From an uncultured Rhodospirillaceae bacterium (lineage in GTDB: Bacteria > Pseudomonadota > Alphaproteobacteria > UBA7887), in NCBI GenBank assembly GCA_913045505.1, contig CAJWQN010000001.1, positions 1-51,527 of the forward strand: a stretch of 51,527 nucleotides of DNA. The letters are read 5' to 3'. The notes under the pieces were generated by a model that did no database searches, was not told the origin of the DNA, and saw only the letters and a list, made by a program, of their open reading frames with translations. This document shows, in pieces, positions 1 to 8,798 of this stretch (the stretch's first letter is position 1; each line of letters starts with the position of its first letter). A program made the translations under genes and the position numbers.

Positions 1-902
1 CCGACAAGCCGGCCCCGGAACAGGCCGCGCCCGACAGCACGCCGCCGAGTTTCGATGTGGTGACCGTGGCGCCCTCGGGTTCGGCGGTGATCGCCGGACG
101 CGCCGAACCGGGCGCCGAGGTGTCGATCACCGAAGGCGAGAAGGATCTCGGCACGGTCACGGCCGATCGGCGCGGCGAATGGGTGCTGATTCCGACCCTA
201 CCGCTGGCGCCCGGAACCCGCGAGCTTGGCCTGGAATCAACGTCGCGCACAGGCGTGAAGACCCTGTCTCGGGAGGTGGTGGTCCTGGTGGTGCCCGAGC
301 GCGCGCCACCGACATTGCCCGAGCGCGAGGCGGTGGAGCCGGCATCGATGGCCACCGCCGCCGATTCACCGTTGGCGGTACTGATGCCGCGTGCCGGCAT
401 CGGCGATGTTCGCCTGCTCCAGGGGGCGGTGCCCAAGACCGGCCTGGTCGCCGAGCAGGGCTTGTCGCTGGACGTGCTCAATTACGATGTCGTCGGGCAA
501 GTCGATTTCGCCGGCAAGGGGCGGGTCGGCAGCCAGATCGCCGCCTATGTCAACAATCGACTGATCGGAATGGCCGCGGTCGCGGCCGACGGGACTTGGC
601 GGGTGGTGCCGAGTGAAGCGATCTCGCCCGGTCTCTATACCTTGCGCGTCGACCAGATCGACGACTCCGGCGCGGTGGTGGCCCGTCTGGAAACGCCGTT
701 CTCGATGGCCGATTTCGAGCACCCGGCGGTGGGCGAGGGCCTGGTGGTGGTGCAACCGGGCAACAGCCTGTGGCGCATCGCCCGACGGCTCTATGGCCAG
801 GGCACCCGCTATTCGGTGATCTTCGGCGCCAATCATGATCAGATTCGGGACCCTGACTTGATCTATCCCGGGCAAATCTTCGTCGTGCCCGACGAAAGTT
901 GA
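1..902 (+). CDS. LysM peptidoglycan-binding domain protein, 5' end outside the window
   Basis: The frame of ORF 57..902 stays open back to nt 3 (DKPAPEQAAPDSTPPSFDVV...). The C-terminus GNSLWRIARRLYGQGTRYSVIFGANHDQIRDPDLIYPGQIFVVP is a canonical LysM motif. Confidence 0.7.
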   Translation, partial: DKPAPEQAAPDSTPPSFDVVTVAPSGSAVIAGRAEPGAEVSITEGEKDLGTVTADRRGEWVLIPTLPLAPGTRELGLESTSRTGVKTLSREVVVLVVPERAPPTLPEREAVEPASMATAADSPLAVLMPRAGIGDVRLLQGAVPKTGLVAEQGLSLDVLNYDVVGQVDFAGKGRVGSQIAAYVNNRLIGMAAVAADGTWRVVPSEAISPGLYTLRVDQIDDSGAVVARLETPFSMADFEHPAVGEGLVVVQPGNSLWRIARRLYGQGTRYSVIFGANHDQIRDPDLIYPGQIFVVPDES

Positions 903-981
903 GCGGCCCCAGCCACCGTGCCGAGCGGCGGCCGGCCGATCGCCCATGCCGCCCACATCGTGACCTGAACGTCCGAGCGCG

Positions 982-2865
982 ATGAGACCGCCGACCGTCA
1001 ACGCCCCCGAGCCGGTTGCCGGTGCCCCGCCCCGCGGGCTGAGGCGCGATCTCGAGACCCTGCGCACGCTGCTGCCATATCTGTGGCCGACGACCCGGCG
1101 CGACCTGAGGGTGCGTGTGATCGGTGCCCTGGGGCTGCTGGTCGCGGCCAAGGTCGCCAACATTCAGGTCCCGCTGCTGCTCAAGGCGCTGTTCGATTCG
1201 CTCGATTCCAGCCAGCATCAGATCATCGCGCTGCCGATCGCGTTGCTGTTCGCCTATGGCGCGGCGCGGGTGCTGGCGATCGCGTTCGGCGAGCTGCGTG
1301 ACGCCCTGTTCGCGCGGGTCGCGCAGAACGCGATTCGCCAGGTCGCGCTGACCACCTTCCGCCGACTGCACCGCCTTGCGTTGCGTTATCATCTGGATCG
1401 CCAGACCGGCGGCCTGAGCCGGATCATCGAGCGCGGCACCAAGGGCATCGAGTTCCTGCTCAACTTCACGCTGTTCAACGTGCTGCCGACGCTGCTCGAA
1501 ATCGGTCTGGTCTGCGGGATTCTGCTTTACAAATACGACGCGCCGTTCGCCGCGATCACCTTCATCGCCATCGTCTCCTACATCGGGTTCACCCTGTTCG
1601 CCACCGAATGGCGGTCCAAATTCCGGCGGCGGATGAACCGGACCGACGAGCAGGCTCACACCCGCGCCATCGACAGCCTGCTCAATTACGAGACCGTCAA
1701 ATATTTCGGCAACGAAGAGCACGAGGCCAGGCGGTTCGACCGTTCGCTCCGGCGTTACGAGGGCGCCGCGGTCGCCTCCAAGGTGTCGTTGTCGCTGCTC
1801 AACACAGGCCAGGCCTTCATCATCGGCGGCGGCGTGGTGGCGGTGATGGCCTTGGCGGCACAGGGTATCGTCGATGGCAGCTTGGCATTGGGCGATCTGG
1901 TGCTGGTCAACGCATTCCTGCTGCAGCTCTATCAGCCGCTTAATTTTCTCGGCTTCGTTTATCGCGAGATCAAGCAATCGCTGATCGATATGGAACGCAT
2001 GTTCGACCTGCTGGGCGAATCGATGGAGATCACCGACGCTCCCGATTCCCCGCCCCTGGCGGTGAACGGCGGCGTGATTATTTTCGACCGGGTCGATTTC
2101 GCCTACAAGCCGGATCGTCAAATCCTGCGCGACGTTTCGCTCACCGTACCGGCCGGACGCACGGTCGCGATCGTCGGGCCCAGCGGCGCCGGCAAATCAA
2201 CCGTTTCCCGGCTGCTGTTCCGGTTCTACGACGTGACCGGCGGGGCGATCCGAATCGACGGCCAGGACATCCGCAACGTCACCCAGGATTCGCTCCGCGC
2301 GGCGATCGGGATCGTGCCCCAGGATACTGTGCTGTTCAACGATACCATTCTCTACAACATCGAATACGCCAAGCCCGGCGCCACTATGGAAGAGGTGGTC
2401 GCGGTCGCGAAAATGGCCAAGATTCACGATTTCATCGCCTCCTTGCCCGACCGCTATGAAACCCGGGTCGGCGAGCGCGGGCTCAAGCTCTCGGGCGGCG
2501 AGAAGCAACGGGTGGCGATCGCGCGCATGCTCTTGAAGGCGCCTCCGATCATGGTCTTCGACGAGGCCACCTCGGCGTTGGACACGGCCACGGAAAAGGA
2601 GATTCAGGCGAGCTTGGGCGAACTGTCGCGGGACCGTACCACCGTGATCATCGCCCATCGCCTGTCGACGGTGGTCGACGCCGACGAAATCCTGGTCCTC
2701 GACCAAGGCCGCATCGTCGAGCGCGGCGGCCATGCCGGCTTGCTGGCCGCCGACGGCGTCTACGCGAGCATGTGGCGGCGCCAGCAGGAAAGCGAGCAGG
2801 CCGCCTTGCGTCTGGATTCGCTGCGCCGCGCCGAGGATCGCCAGCCGGAGCCCGAGCAGGCTTAA
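982..2865 (+). CDS. ABC transporter, fused permease/ATPase, Atm1/HMT1-like exporter
   Basis: 627 aa with an N-terminal 6-TM-type region. Walker A GPSGAGKST, ABC signature LSGGEKQRVAIAR and Walker B IMVFDEATSALD are present. Length and layout fit ABCB/Atm1-type half transporters. Confidence 0.9.
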   Translation: MRPPTVNAPEPVAGAPPRGLRRDLETLRTLLPYLWPTTRRDLRVRVIGALGLLVAAKVANIQVPLLLKALFDSLDSSQHQIIALPIALLFAYGAARVLAIAFGELRDALFARVAQNAIRQVALTTFRRLHRLALRYHLDRQTGGLSRIIERGTKGIEFLLNFTLFNVLPTLLEIGLVCGILLYKYDAPFAAITFIAIVSYIGFTLFATEWRSKFRRRMNRTDEQAHTRAIDSLLNYETVKYFGNEEHEARRFDRSLRRYEGAAVASKVSLSLLNTGQAFIIGGGVVAVMALAAQGIVDGSLALGDLVLVNAFLLQLYQPLNFLGFVYREIKQSLIDMERMFDLLGESMEITDAPDSPPLAVNGGVIIFDRVDFAYKPDRQILRDVSLTVPAGRTVAIVGPSGAGKSTVSRLLFRFYDVTGGAIRIDGQDIRNVTQDSLRAAIGIVPQDTVLFNDTILYNIEYAKPGATMEEVVAVAKMAKIHDFIASLPDRYETRVGERGLKLSGGEKQRVAIARMLLKAPPIMVFDEATSALDTATEKEIQASLGELSRDRTTVIIAHRLSTVVDADEILVLDQGRIVERGGHAGLLAADGVYASMWRRQQESEQAALRLDSLRRAEDRQPEPEQA

Positions 2866-2910
2866 CGTCGGGCCGTGGCGGGGGTAGAATGCCGGTCGCG
2901 AGAGTGAACC

Positions 2911-3597
2911 ATGCACAAGGGGTCGCCGCATTCGATGCTGGTGCCGATTCATCGTGAAGGGTGGCGGTTCGTGGCCGTCTTCGTTGGCGCCACGGCGGGC
3001 TTGTGGTGGCTGGCCGCGCCCTTGGGCTGGGCCGGTGCGGCGCTGACCTTGTGGTGCGCCTATTTCTTTCGGGATCCCGCGCGCGCCGTGCCGCCGGAGC
3101 CGGGGGTCATCGTCAGCCCGGCCGACGGCGTGGTCCTGCCGATCGAGGTCGCCGCGCCGCCGGCGGAACTCGACATGGGGCCGGCGCTCCGCCGGCGAAT
3201 CAGCGTGTTCATGAACGTGTTCAACGTCCACGTGAATCGGATTCCGGCCGACGGCACGGTCACTGCCTTGAGCTATCGACCGGGCAAGTTCTTCAACGCC
3301 TCGTTCGACAAGGCCAGCGAACATAACGAGCGCCAGTCGGTGCGCATGTCCACCGCCGGCGGCCACGACATCGCCTTCGTCCAGATCGCGGGCCTGGTGG
3401 CCCGGCGCATCCTGTGCCAATTGGTGCCCGATCAGCGGGTCTGCGCCGGCGAGCGATTCGGCCTGATCCGGTTCGGCAGCCGAGTCGATCTCTACCTCGA
3501 CGACGACATGGAGCTGATGGTGCGCGCCGGTGAACATGCCATCGGCGGAGAAACCATTTTGGCCCGCGAGCGCCCGGCCCCGGGATCCGGGCCATGA
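2911..3597 (+). CDS. psd: phosphatidylserine decarboxylase (short proteobacterial type)
   Basis: 228 aa starting MLVPIHREGWRFV. It carries the C-terminal LIRFGSRVDLYL Gly-Ser self-processing motif. It overlaps the downstream pssA by 4 nt. Confidence 0.85.
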   Translation: MHKGSPHSMLVPIHREGWRFVAVFVGATAGLWWLAAPLGWAGAALTLWCAYFFRDPARAVPPEPGVIVSPADGVVLPIEVAAPPAELDMGPALRRRISVFMNVFNVHVNRIPADGTVTALSYRPGKFFNASFDKASEHNERQSVRMSTAGGHDIAFVQIAGLVARRILCQLVPDQRVCAGERFGLIRFGSRVDLYLDDDMELMVRAGEHAIGGETILARERPAPGSGP

Positions 3598-4406
3598 TGG
3601 TGCGCCCGCCCCGACGGCGGCGCCTCAGAGCGCTCCCGGTCAATCATCTTCTGCCCAACATGCTGACCGTGTTCGGTCTCTGCTCGGGGTTCTCCGCGGT
3701 TCATTTCGCGTTCCAGGACCGTTACGAAACCGCCCTGGTGTGCCTGTTGCTGGCGGTCATCCTGGATGCCCTGGACGGGCGCCTCGCGCGTTTGCTCAGG
3801 GTCACCAGCGAGTTCGGCGCCCAACTCGATTCGCTTGCCGACATCGTCAATTTCGGGGTCGCGCCGGCCTTGGTCCTCTACAGCTGGTCGGTCAACCAGT
3901 TGGGCAATCTGGGCTGGGTGTTGGTGCTTCTGTTCGTGGTCTGTTGCGCGCTCCGCCTGGCGCGGTTCAATGCCGGCCTGAACGCGCCCGAGCCGACGCC
4001 GTTGAGTTCGGCCTTTTTCACCGGCGTGCCGGCGCCGGCCGGGGGCGGGGTGGTGATCCTGCCGATGCTGCTGAGCTTCACGATGGGGCCCGGGTGGTTC
4101 GACCAGCCGATCCTGGTCGGGATGCATATGCTGGTGATGGCCCTGATGATGGCGAGCCGCATTCCCACCTACTCGGTCAAGCGGTTTCGCCTGATGCAGG
4201 ATCACGTGGTGCCGGCGCTGTTGGCGGTGGCGCTGCTGGCGGCGCTGCTGGTGACCTTCACCTGGTGGACGCTGACCGTGCTCATCATCGCCTATTTGGC
4301 CTCGATCCCGTTCAGTTGCTTGGCCTATCGGCGGGCCAAACGCGCGCTTGCCCTGGGCCCGCAATCGCCGGCCGAGTCGGAGTCGGATCGGGTCGATCCG
4401 AGCTGA
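3594..4406 (+). CDS. pssA: CDP-diacylglycerol--serine O-phosphatidyltransferase
   Basis: It carries the CDP-alcohol phosphatidyltransferase motif DGRLARLLRVTSEFGAQLDSLAD (DGxxAR..G...D...D). It is a multi-TM protein whose start overlaps the psd stop. Confidence 0.85.
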   Translation: MMVRPPRRRRLRALPVNHLLPNMLTVFGLCSGFSAVHFAFQDRYETALVCLLLAVILDALDGRLARLLRVTSEFGAQLDSLADIVNFGVAPALVLYSWSVNQLGNLGWVLVLLFVVCCALRLARFNAGLNAPEPTPLSSAFFTGVPAPAGGGVVILPMLLSFTMGPGWFDQPILVGMHMLVMALMMASRIPTYSVKRFRLMQDHVVPALLAVALLAALLVTFTWWTLTVLIIAYLASIPFSCLAYRRAKRALALGPQSPAESESDRVDPS

Positions 4407-4409
4407 GGC

Positions 4410-5264
4410 CTACGCCGCCGGCCGCCGGCCAACGCCGATACGGGCATGGGCGGTGATGTGGTAGGCCCCGTCCTTCAGATATTCCGCGAAACCGGCCTCG
4501 ACCTGGCGCTCGACCTCGGCCCGTTGTGCCGGGGTCGCATCGGCCAGTTCCTCGGCGAACGACATTTCCATATTGGCCCGCCAGAACTTCGACCCAGCGG
4601 CGGGGCGCGCGTCCAGACGCAGCTCCCGCTCGGCGACGTCGCCCAGGCCCGCGTCGGTCATCAGGCCGGCCAGAAGGCCGGGCGCGGCGAACCGGAACTG
4701 CGCCAGATTCGGATCCGGCGCAAGACCCAGCGCCGCGCGCACCCGGCTTTGGATCACCGCGAATATGGTGGTGTCCTCCATCGGCCCCCAGACCATCCAG
4801 GCGGTGCGCCCGCCGGCCACCAGCACCCGGCGCGCCTCGGCCAGGGCCGCCGCCGGATCGGGGCAGAACATGATCCCGAACCGGCAGATCACCTCGTCGA
4901 AGCTTTCGTCGGCGAACGGCAGCGCTTCCATATCGGCGATCTCGAAGCGCATGGTATCGAGCTCGGCCGCCGCCGCCCGCCGGCGGGCTCCGTCGAGCAT
5001 ATCGGGACTCATGTCGGTGGCCGTGACCACGCCCTCGGGGCCGATCCGGCGCGCGCAACTCAGCGCCGGCTCGCCGACCCCCGAGGCGAGGTCGAGGACA
5101 CGATGGCCGCTGGCCACTTCGGCGGCATCCAACAGGGGCTCGTTGAACCGCCCGGCGACCTTTTCCATAACCTCGGCCCACCGGTTCCAGGCCGCCGCGC
5201 GGATATCCCAGTTGCGCCTGACCACCCCCTTGTCGAGAGGCGCGAGCGATTCGGCGCCGGCCAT
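4410..5264 (-). CDS. class I SAM-dependent methyltransferase
   Basis: Motif I VLDLASGVGEPAL is present. The start was moved to the internal ATG (MAGAESLAPLDKG...) because the longer ORF (to 5387) would overlap pqqE. It lies 10 nt downstream of the pqqE stop on the same strand. Confidence 0.7.
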   Translation of the reverse strand: MAGAESLAPLDKGVVRRNWDIRAAAWNRWAEVMEKVAGRFNEPLLDAAEVASGHRVLDLASGVGEPALSCARRIGPEGVVTATDMSPDMLDGARRRAAAAELDTMRFEIADMEALPFADESFDEVICRFGIMFCPDPAAALAEARRVLVAGGRTAWMVWGPMEDTTIFAVIQSRVRAALGLAPDPNLAQFRFAAPGLLAGLMTDAGLGDVAERELRLDARPAAGSKFWRANMEMSFAEELADATPAQRAEVERQVEAGFAEYLKDGAYHITAHARIGVGRRPAA

Positions 5265-5274
5265 GAGGCCGTGC

Positions 5275-6414
5275 TCAGCCGCCGAACCGGCGATAGACGA
5301 ATTCGGGCGGCGCCTCCTGGTCGGCCTCCTCGAGCGGCATGTCCAGCACATCGCGCTGTGGCGAGAGCTCGCAGGCCGGGTCGACATTGGCCGCGTCTCC
5401 GGTCAGCGCGAACGCCTGACAGCGGCAGCCGCCCCAGTCGATTTCGCGCCGGTCGCAGGATCGGCAGGGCTCCGGCATCCACGCCGTGCCGCGGAACCGG
5501 TTGAAGCCCTCGGAATGATCCCAAATCCAGGACAGGTCGTGGTCGCGGACCGATTCGAAACCGAGCGAGGGGATCGATGCGGCGGCATGACAGGGCAGCA
5601 CCTTGCCCGACGGCGTGATGTTGAGGAACTGGCGGCCCCAACCGCCCATGCAGGATTTCGGCCGGCGGGCGTAGTAGTCGGGCACCACATAGTCGATCGC
5701 CAGGACGCCCTTGAGCCGGACACGCGCGTCCTCGACCAGGGCCGTGGCCTCGTCGAGCTGGGCGCGGGTCGGCAGCAACGCGGCCCGGTTGCGCAGCGCC
5801 CAGGCGTAATATTGGACTTGGGCCACTTCCAAGCGCTCGGCATCGAGTTCAACCGCCATCTTCAGCACGTCGGGGAGCTGGTGCAGGTTGTGGCGATGCA
5901 GGACGGCGTTGACGGTCAGCGGCATATCCAACTTGCGCACCAGGCGGGCGATCTCGAGCTTCCTGGCATGGCCCTTGAAGCCGGCAACGCGGTCGGACAG
6001 CTCCGGGGTGGTCCCCTGGAAGCTGACCTGGACGTGATCGAGCCCCAGGTCGCGGAGCCCACGCAGCCGATCTTCGTCGAGCAGCACGCCGGACGTGATC
6101 AGATTGGTGTAGAGCCCGCGCTCGGCCGCGCGTTCCACCAGTGCCTCCAGGTCCTTGCGAACGGTCGGCTCGCCGCCCGAGAAATGGGCATGAAGGATGC
6201 TCATCTCGGCGGCCTCGTCGATCACCCGCAGCCAGTCCTCGGTGGCGAGTTCGTTGCCCGCCCGCTCCAAATCGATCGGATTGGTGCAGTAGGGACACTG
6301 CAGCGGACAGCGATGAGTGAGCTCCAGCAGCACCGCATAGGGCACCACCTTGTCGGGCGCGGCCGGCTTGGCCGTCTTGGCGGCCTGGGCCGCCTGGTCG
6401 ACGATTTCGGTCAT
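5275..6414 (-). CDS. pqqE: PQQ biosynthesis radical-SAM protein PqqE
   Basis: LLELTHRCPLQCPYCTNP is the CxxxCxxC radical-SAM motif, and a SPASM-like Cys-rich C-terminus follows. The start MTEIVDQ... lies in an ATGA overlap with the pqqD stop (6411-6414). Confidence 0.95.
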   Translation of the reverse strand: MTEIVDQAAQAAKTAKPAAPDKVVPYAVLLELTHRCPLQCPYCTNPIDLERAGNELATEDWLRVIDEAAEMSILHAHFSGGEPTVRKDLEALVERAAERGLYTNLITSGVLLDEDRLRGLRDLGLDHVQVSFQGTTPELSDRVAGFKGHARKLEIARLVRKLDMPLTVNAVLHRHNLHQLPDVLKMAVELDAERLEVAQVQYYAWALRNRAALLPTRAQLDEATALVEDARVRLKGVLAIDYVVPDYYARRPKSCMGGWGRQFLNITPSGKVLPCHAAASIPSLGFESVRDHDLSWIWDHSEGFNRFRGTAWMPEPCRSCDRREIDWGGCRCQAFALTGDAANVDPACELSPQRDVLDMPLEEADQEAPPEFVYRRFGG

Positions 6415-6698
6415 GCCACCACGAATCCCCTGTCGGCCAGGCGCTGAAGCATGTTGGCCACGTCCCTGGCGATGACCTCGCGCGGGGCTTCGAATTTCTC
6501 CGCCAACTTGTCGATCACGCCCACAAGGGTGGTTTCGCCGTCGCACAGGCTGATCACCGCATGGGCGATCTCATCGAGTTCGAACACCCGCTCGGGGGCC
6601 AGAATGACCCATTTGTCGCGGGCCTTGTCGAAACGCAGCTTGGCGTGGCGCGGCAGTTTGGGCTTCGATGCGTCGTCCAGGACGATACGCTCGGCCAC
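6411..6698 (-). CDS. pqqD: PQQ biosynthesis peptide chaperone PqqD
   Basis: About 95 aa from a GTG start just after the pqqC stop. LRFDKARDKWVILAPERVFELDEIAHAVISLCDGETT is typical of PqqD, and the gene lies between pqqC and pqqE. Confidence 0.85.
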   Translation of the reverse strand: MAERIVLDDASKPKLPRHAKLRFDKARDKWVILAPERVFELDEIAHAVISLCDGETTLVGVIDKLAEKFEAPREVIARDVANMLQRLADRGFVVA

Positions 6699-6709
6699 GA
6701 CCGGCCCGC

Positions 6710-7510
6710 CTAGCCGTCGTCGGGGACGAAAGCCCCGGGCGGAATCAGGCCGGGCTCCACATAGGCGGCGTACAAGGCGTCGAGCTGCGCCCACAGCACA
6801 TCGGTCTTGAACCGAAGCGCGTTCAGAACCGCCTCCTGATGCTCACGGGTGCGGGCGTTGCGGATCACATAGTCGCACCCGTACTCGGCGTCCTTCGGGG
6901 CCTCGTTCAGGCGCTTCTTGAAATAGGCCAGCGCCCGTTCATCGGCCCAATCGTAATGCTCGGACAGGCCGGCGATCCGCTCGCGATGAATCGCCGGGGC
7001 GAACAGCTCGGTGAGCGACGAGGCGATCATCTCCAGCTCCGAACGCTCGGCGACGAAGTGAACATAGGCATCGACCGCGAACCGGGTCGCGGGCAACAGG
7101 CCTTCGGTCGAGATCACGTAGTCGCGGTCGAGATCGAGTGCGTCGATCAGCTGCAGATAGCGCGAAATGCCGCCGTCCTCGACCTCGTGGCCGTCATGAT
7201 CGAGCACCCGGCTCCGCCAGTTGTTGCGCATGTCCGGCGATTTCAGCCGTGCCATCAGGGTCAGGTCCTTGCGCGGAATGCTGGCCTGGTAATAGTAGCG
7301 ATTCAGCGCCCAGGCCTGGACCTGGCCGAAGTTCAGCTTGCCGCCGTGAAGCAGGCCGTGAAACGGATGCAGGTTGTGGTAGCGCTCGCGCCCGATCTGC
7401 TGCATCGCGTCCGAGAATGCCTCCGGCGACATCAGGGGTTCGTCCGGCACCGAGACACCGTACCAGCGAGTCGGCACGACCGCCGGGGAATGGCGCAAAG
7501 CAAGGGTCAT
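6710..7510 (-). CDS. pqqC: pyrroloquinoline-quinone synthase PqqC
   Basis: 266 aa from MTLALRH.... YHNLHPFHGLLHGGKLNFGQVQAWALNRYYYQ is the PqqC/TenA-like signature. There is an ATGA overlap with the pqqB stop at 7507-7510. Confidence 0.95.
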   Translation of the reverse strand: MTLALRHSPAVVPTRWYGVSVPDEPLMSPEAFSDAMQQIGRERYHNLHPFHGLLHGGKLNFGQVQAWALNRYYYQASIPRKDLTLMARLKSPDMRNNWRSRVLDHDGHEVEDGGISRYLQLIDALDLDRDYVISTEGLLPATRFAVDAYVHFVAERSELEMIASSLTELFAPAIHRERIAGLSEHYDWADERALAYFKKRLNEAPKDAEYGCDYVIRNARTREHQEAVLNALRFKTDVLWAQLDALYAAYVEPGLIPPGAFVPDDG

Positions 7511-8436
7511 AGGGCTATCTCCATACCGTCGTAGGATACCTCCCACCCCGCCGCGTTTGCTTTCGCACGTTCCGGGCTGTCGTCGAGCAAGACCGGGTTG
7601 GTGGTGTTGATGTGAATGAACACCTTGCGCGCCACGTCCAGGTTTTCGAAAGCGGCGATGGTGCCGTCGTCCCCGGACAGGCTCATATGGCCCATGCGGT
7701 TGCCGGTCTTGACACCGACATTGGCGATGATCATCTCGTCGTCGCGCCACAGGGTGCCGTCGAACAACACCATCGGCGCGCCGCGCAACCGCTCGGTCAG
7801 CGCTTCGGGCATGGAGGCGCAGCCGGGAACATAAAAGAACTTGGTGGCACCGTCCGTGTCCCGCACCTCGAGCGCGACGGTGTCCTCCTCGACGGTGCCG
7901 AAATTGGGACCCATGGCGGCATCCTCGAGCCACAACGCGACCTTGCCCGGCACCGCGAACGGCACCACGACGATACCGCTGGGCGTATCGTCCGGCCCGG
8001 TCAATTCGATGGGTTCGTCGAGGGGCATCACCGTGCGGGCCACGAACTTCGGATTGAGCACGTTGAACACCGGATTGCCTTTCAGCACCTCCAACACCCG
8101 GCGGGTGCCGTAAATGCGCAGGGGATGGGATTCCCGCAAATGCAACAGGCCGGCGATGTGATCGACGTCGGCGTTGGTCAGGACCGCGCCCTGGATCGGG
8201 CTGTGGCGCAGGTCCCGCTTGGGATGGAGGATATCGTTGGCGATGATTTGGTGGCGCAGATCGGGCGAGGCGTTGAACAGGAACCAGTGATCGCCGTCGC
8301 TGGAGACCGCGATCGAGGATTGGGTGCGTTGTTGCGCCGCCGGGTCGCGCTCGCGGGCGCGCCGGCTATTGGGATGATTGCAGTTCCATTGCGGAAAGCC
8401 TCCGCCGGCGGCCGCACCGAGCACACGAATCTTCAT
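7507..8436 (-). CDS. pqqB: PQQ biosynthesis protein PqqB (metallo-beta-lactamase fold)
   Basis: 309 aa from MKIRVLGAAAGGGFPQWNCNHPNS..., which is a typical PqqB N-terminus. It lies directly downstream of pqqA. Confidence 0.9.
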   Translation of the reverse strand: MKIRVLGAAAGGGFPQWNCNHPNSRRARERDPAAQQRTQSSIAVSSDGDHWFLFNASPDLRHQIIANDILHPKRDLRHSPIQGAVLTNADVDHIAGLLHLRESHPLRIYGTRRVLEVLKGNPVFNVLNPKFVARTVMPLDEPIELTGPDDTPSGIVVVPFAVPGKVALWLEDAAMGPNFGTVEEDTVALEVRDTDGATKFFYVPGCASMPEALTERLRGAPMVLFDGTLWRDDEMIIANVGVKTGNRMGHMSLSGDDGTIAAFENLDVARKVFIHINTTNPVLLDDSPERAKANAAGWEVSYDGMEIAL

Positions 8437-8507
8437 GGTCGGGTCCGCGTGCCCGTTCCGGTGCCGCCGCCGGCGAAAGCCAATATTGTATGTTCGCTGA
8501 TCGTGGC

Positions 8508-8582
8508 CTACAGATCGGCGCACGCGTAGCAGTTGATCTCCAGACCAACGGCGATCTCACGAACCACTGGTGTCTTCCACAT
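8508..8582 (-). CDS. pqqA: PQQ precursor peptide PqqA (24 aa, not in ORF track)
   Basis: Hand translation of the minus strand gives ATG TGG AAG ACA ... = MWKTPVVREIAVGLEINCYACADL followed by TAG. The conserved E-x3-Y (EINCY) cross-linking motif is present. A Shine-Dalgarno AGAGGGG lies upstream, and the gene is 71 nt upstream of pqqB. Confidence 0.9.
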   Translation of the reverse strand: MWKTPVVREIAVGLEINCYACADL

Positions 8583-8798
8583 ATCGAACCCCTCTTTTCT
8601 AGTTTTGGATAACATTAGACCCGGGCCGCCTTGGGTCGGTCCCAGCCATCCCATTCATAGGAACTCGGCCCCCGGACAGGAAAGCTATAGCTTCGATCGC
8701 CTTTCCCAATATGGCCTGACGGTTGACCCCGGGCGGCGGCCGGAGGAACATCGTCTGGCGACCCCGGCGGGGCCGCGAAACCGGGGGGAGGACAGACG

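Noticed and set aside
550-2121. Long antisense and out-of-frame ORFs from the six-frame track. Examples: 550..2121(-), 4573..6447(+), 8685..10151(-), 26124..27383(-), 30516..33386(-, 956 aa), 34471..36003(-), 35613..37283(-), 40855..43245(+, 796 aa).
   Set aside because: They lie opposite, or out of frame with, genes that have clear family signatures. Their translations are Arg/Gly/Pro/Ala-rich low-complexity strings with no motifs. Such stop-free shadow frames are expected in GC-rich DNA.
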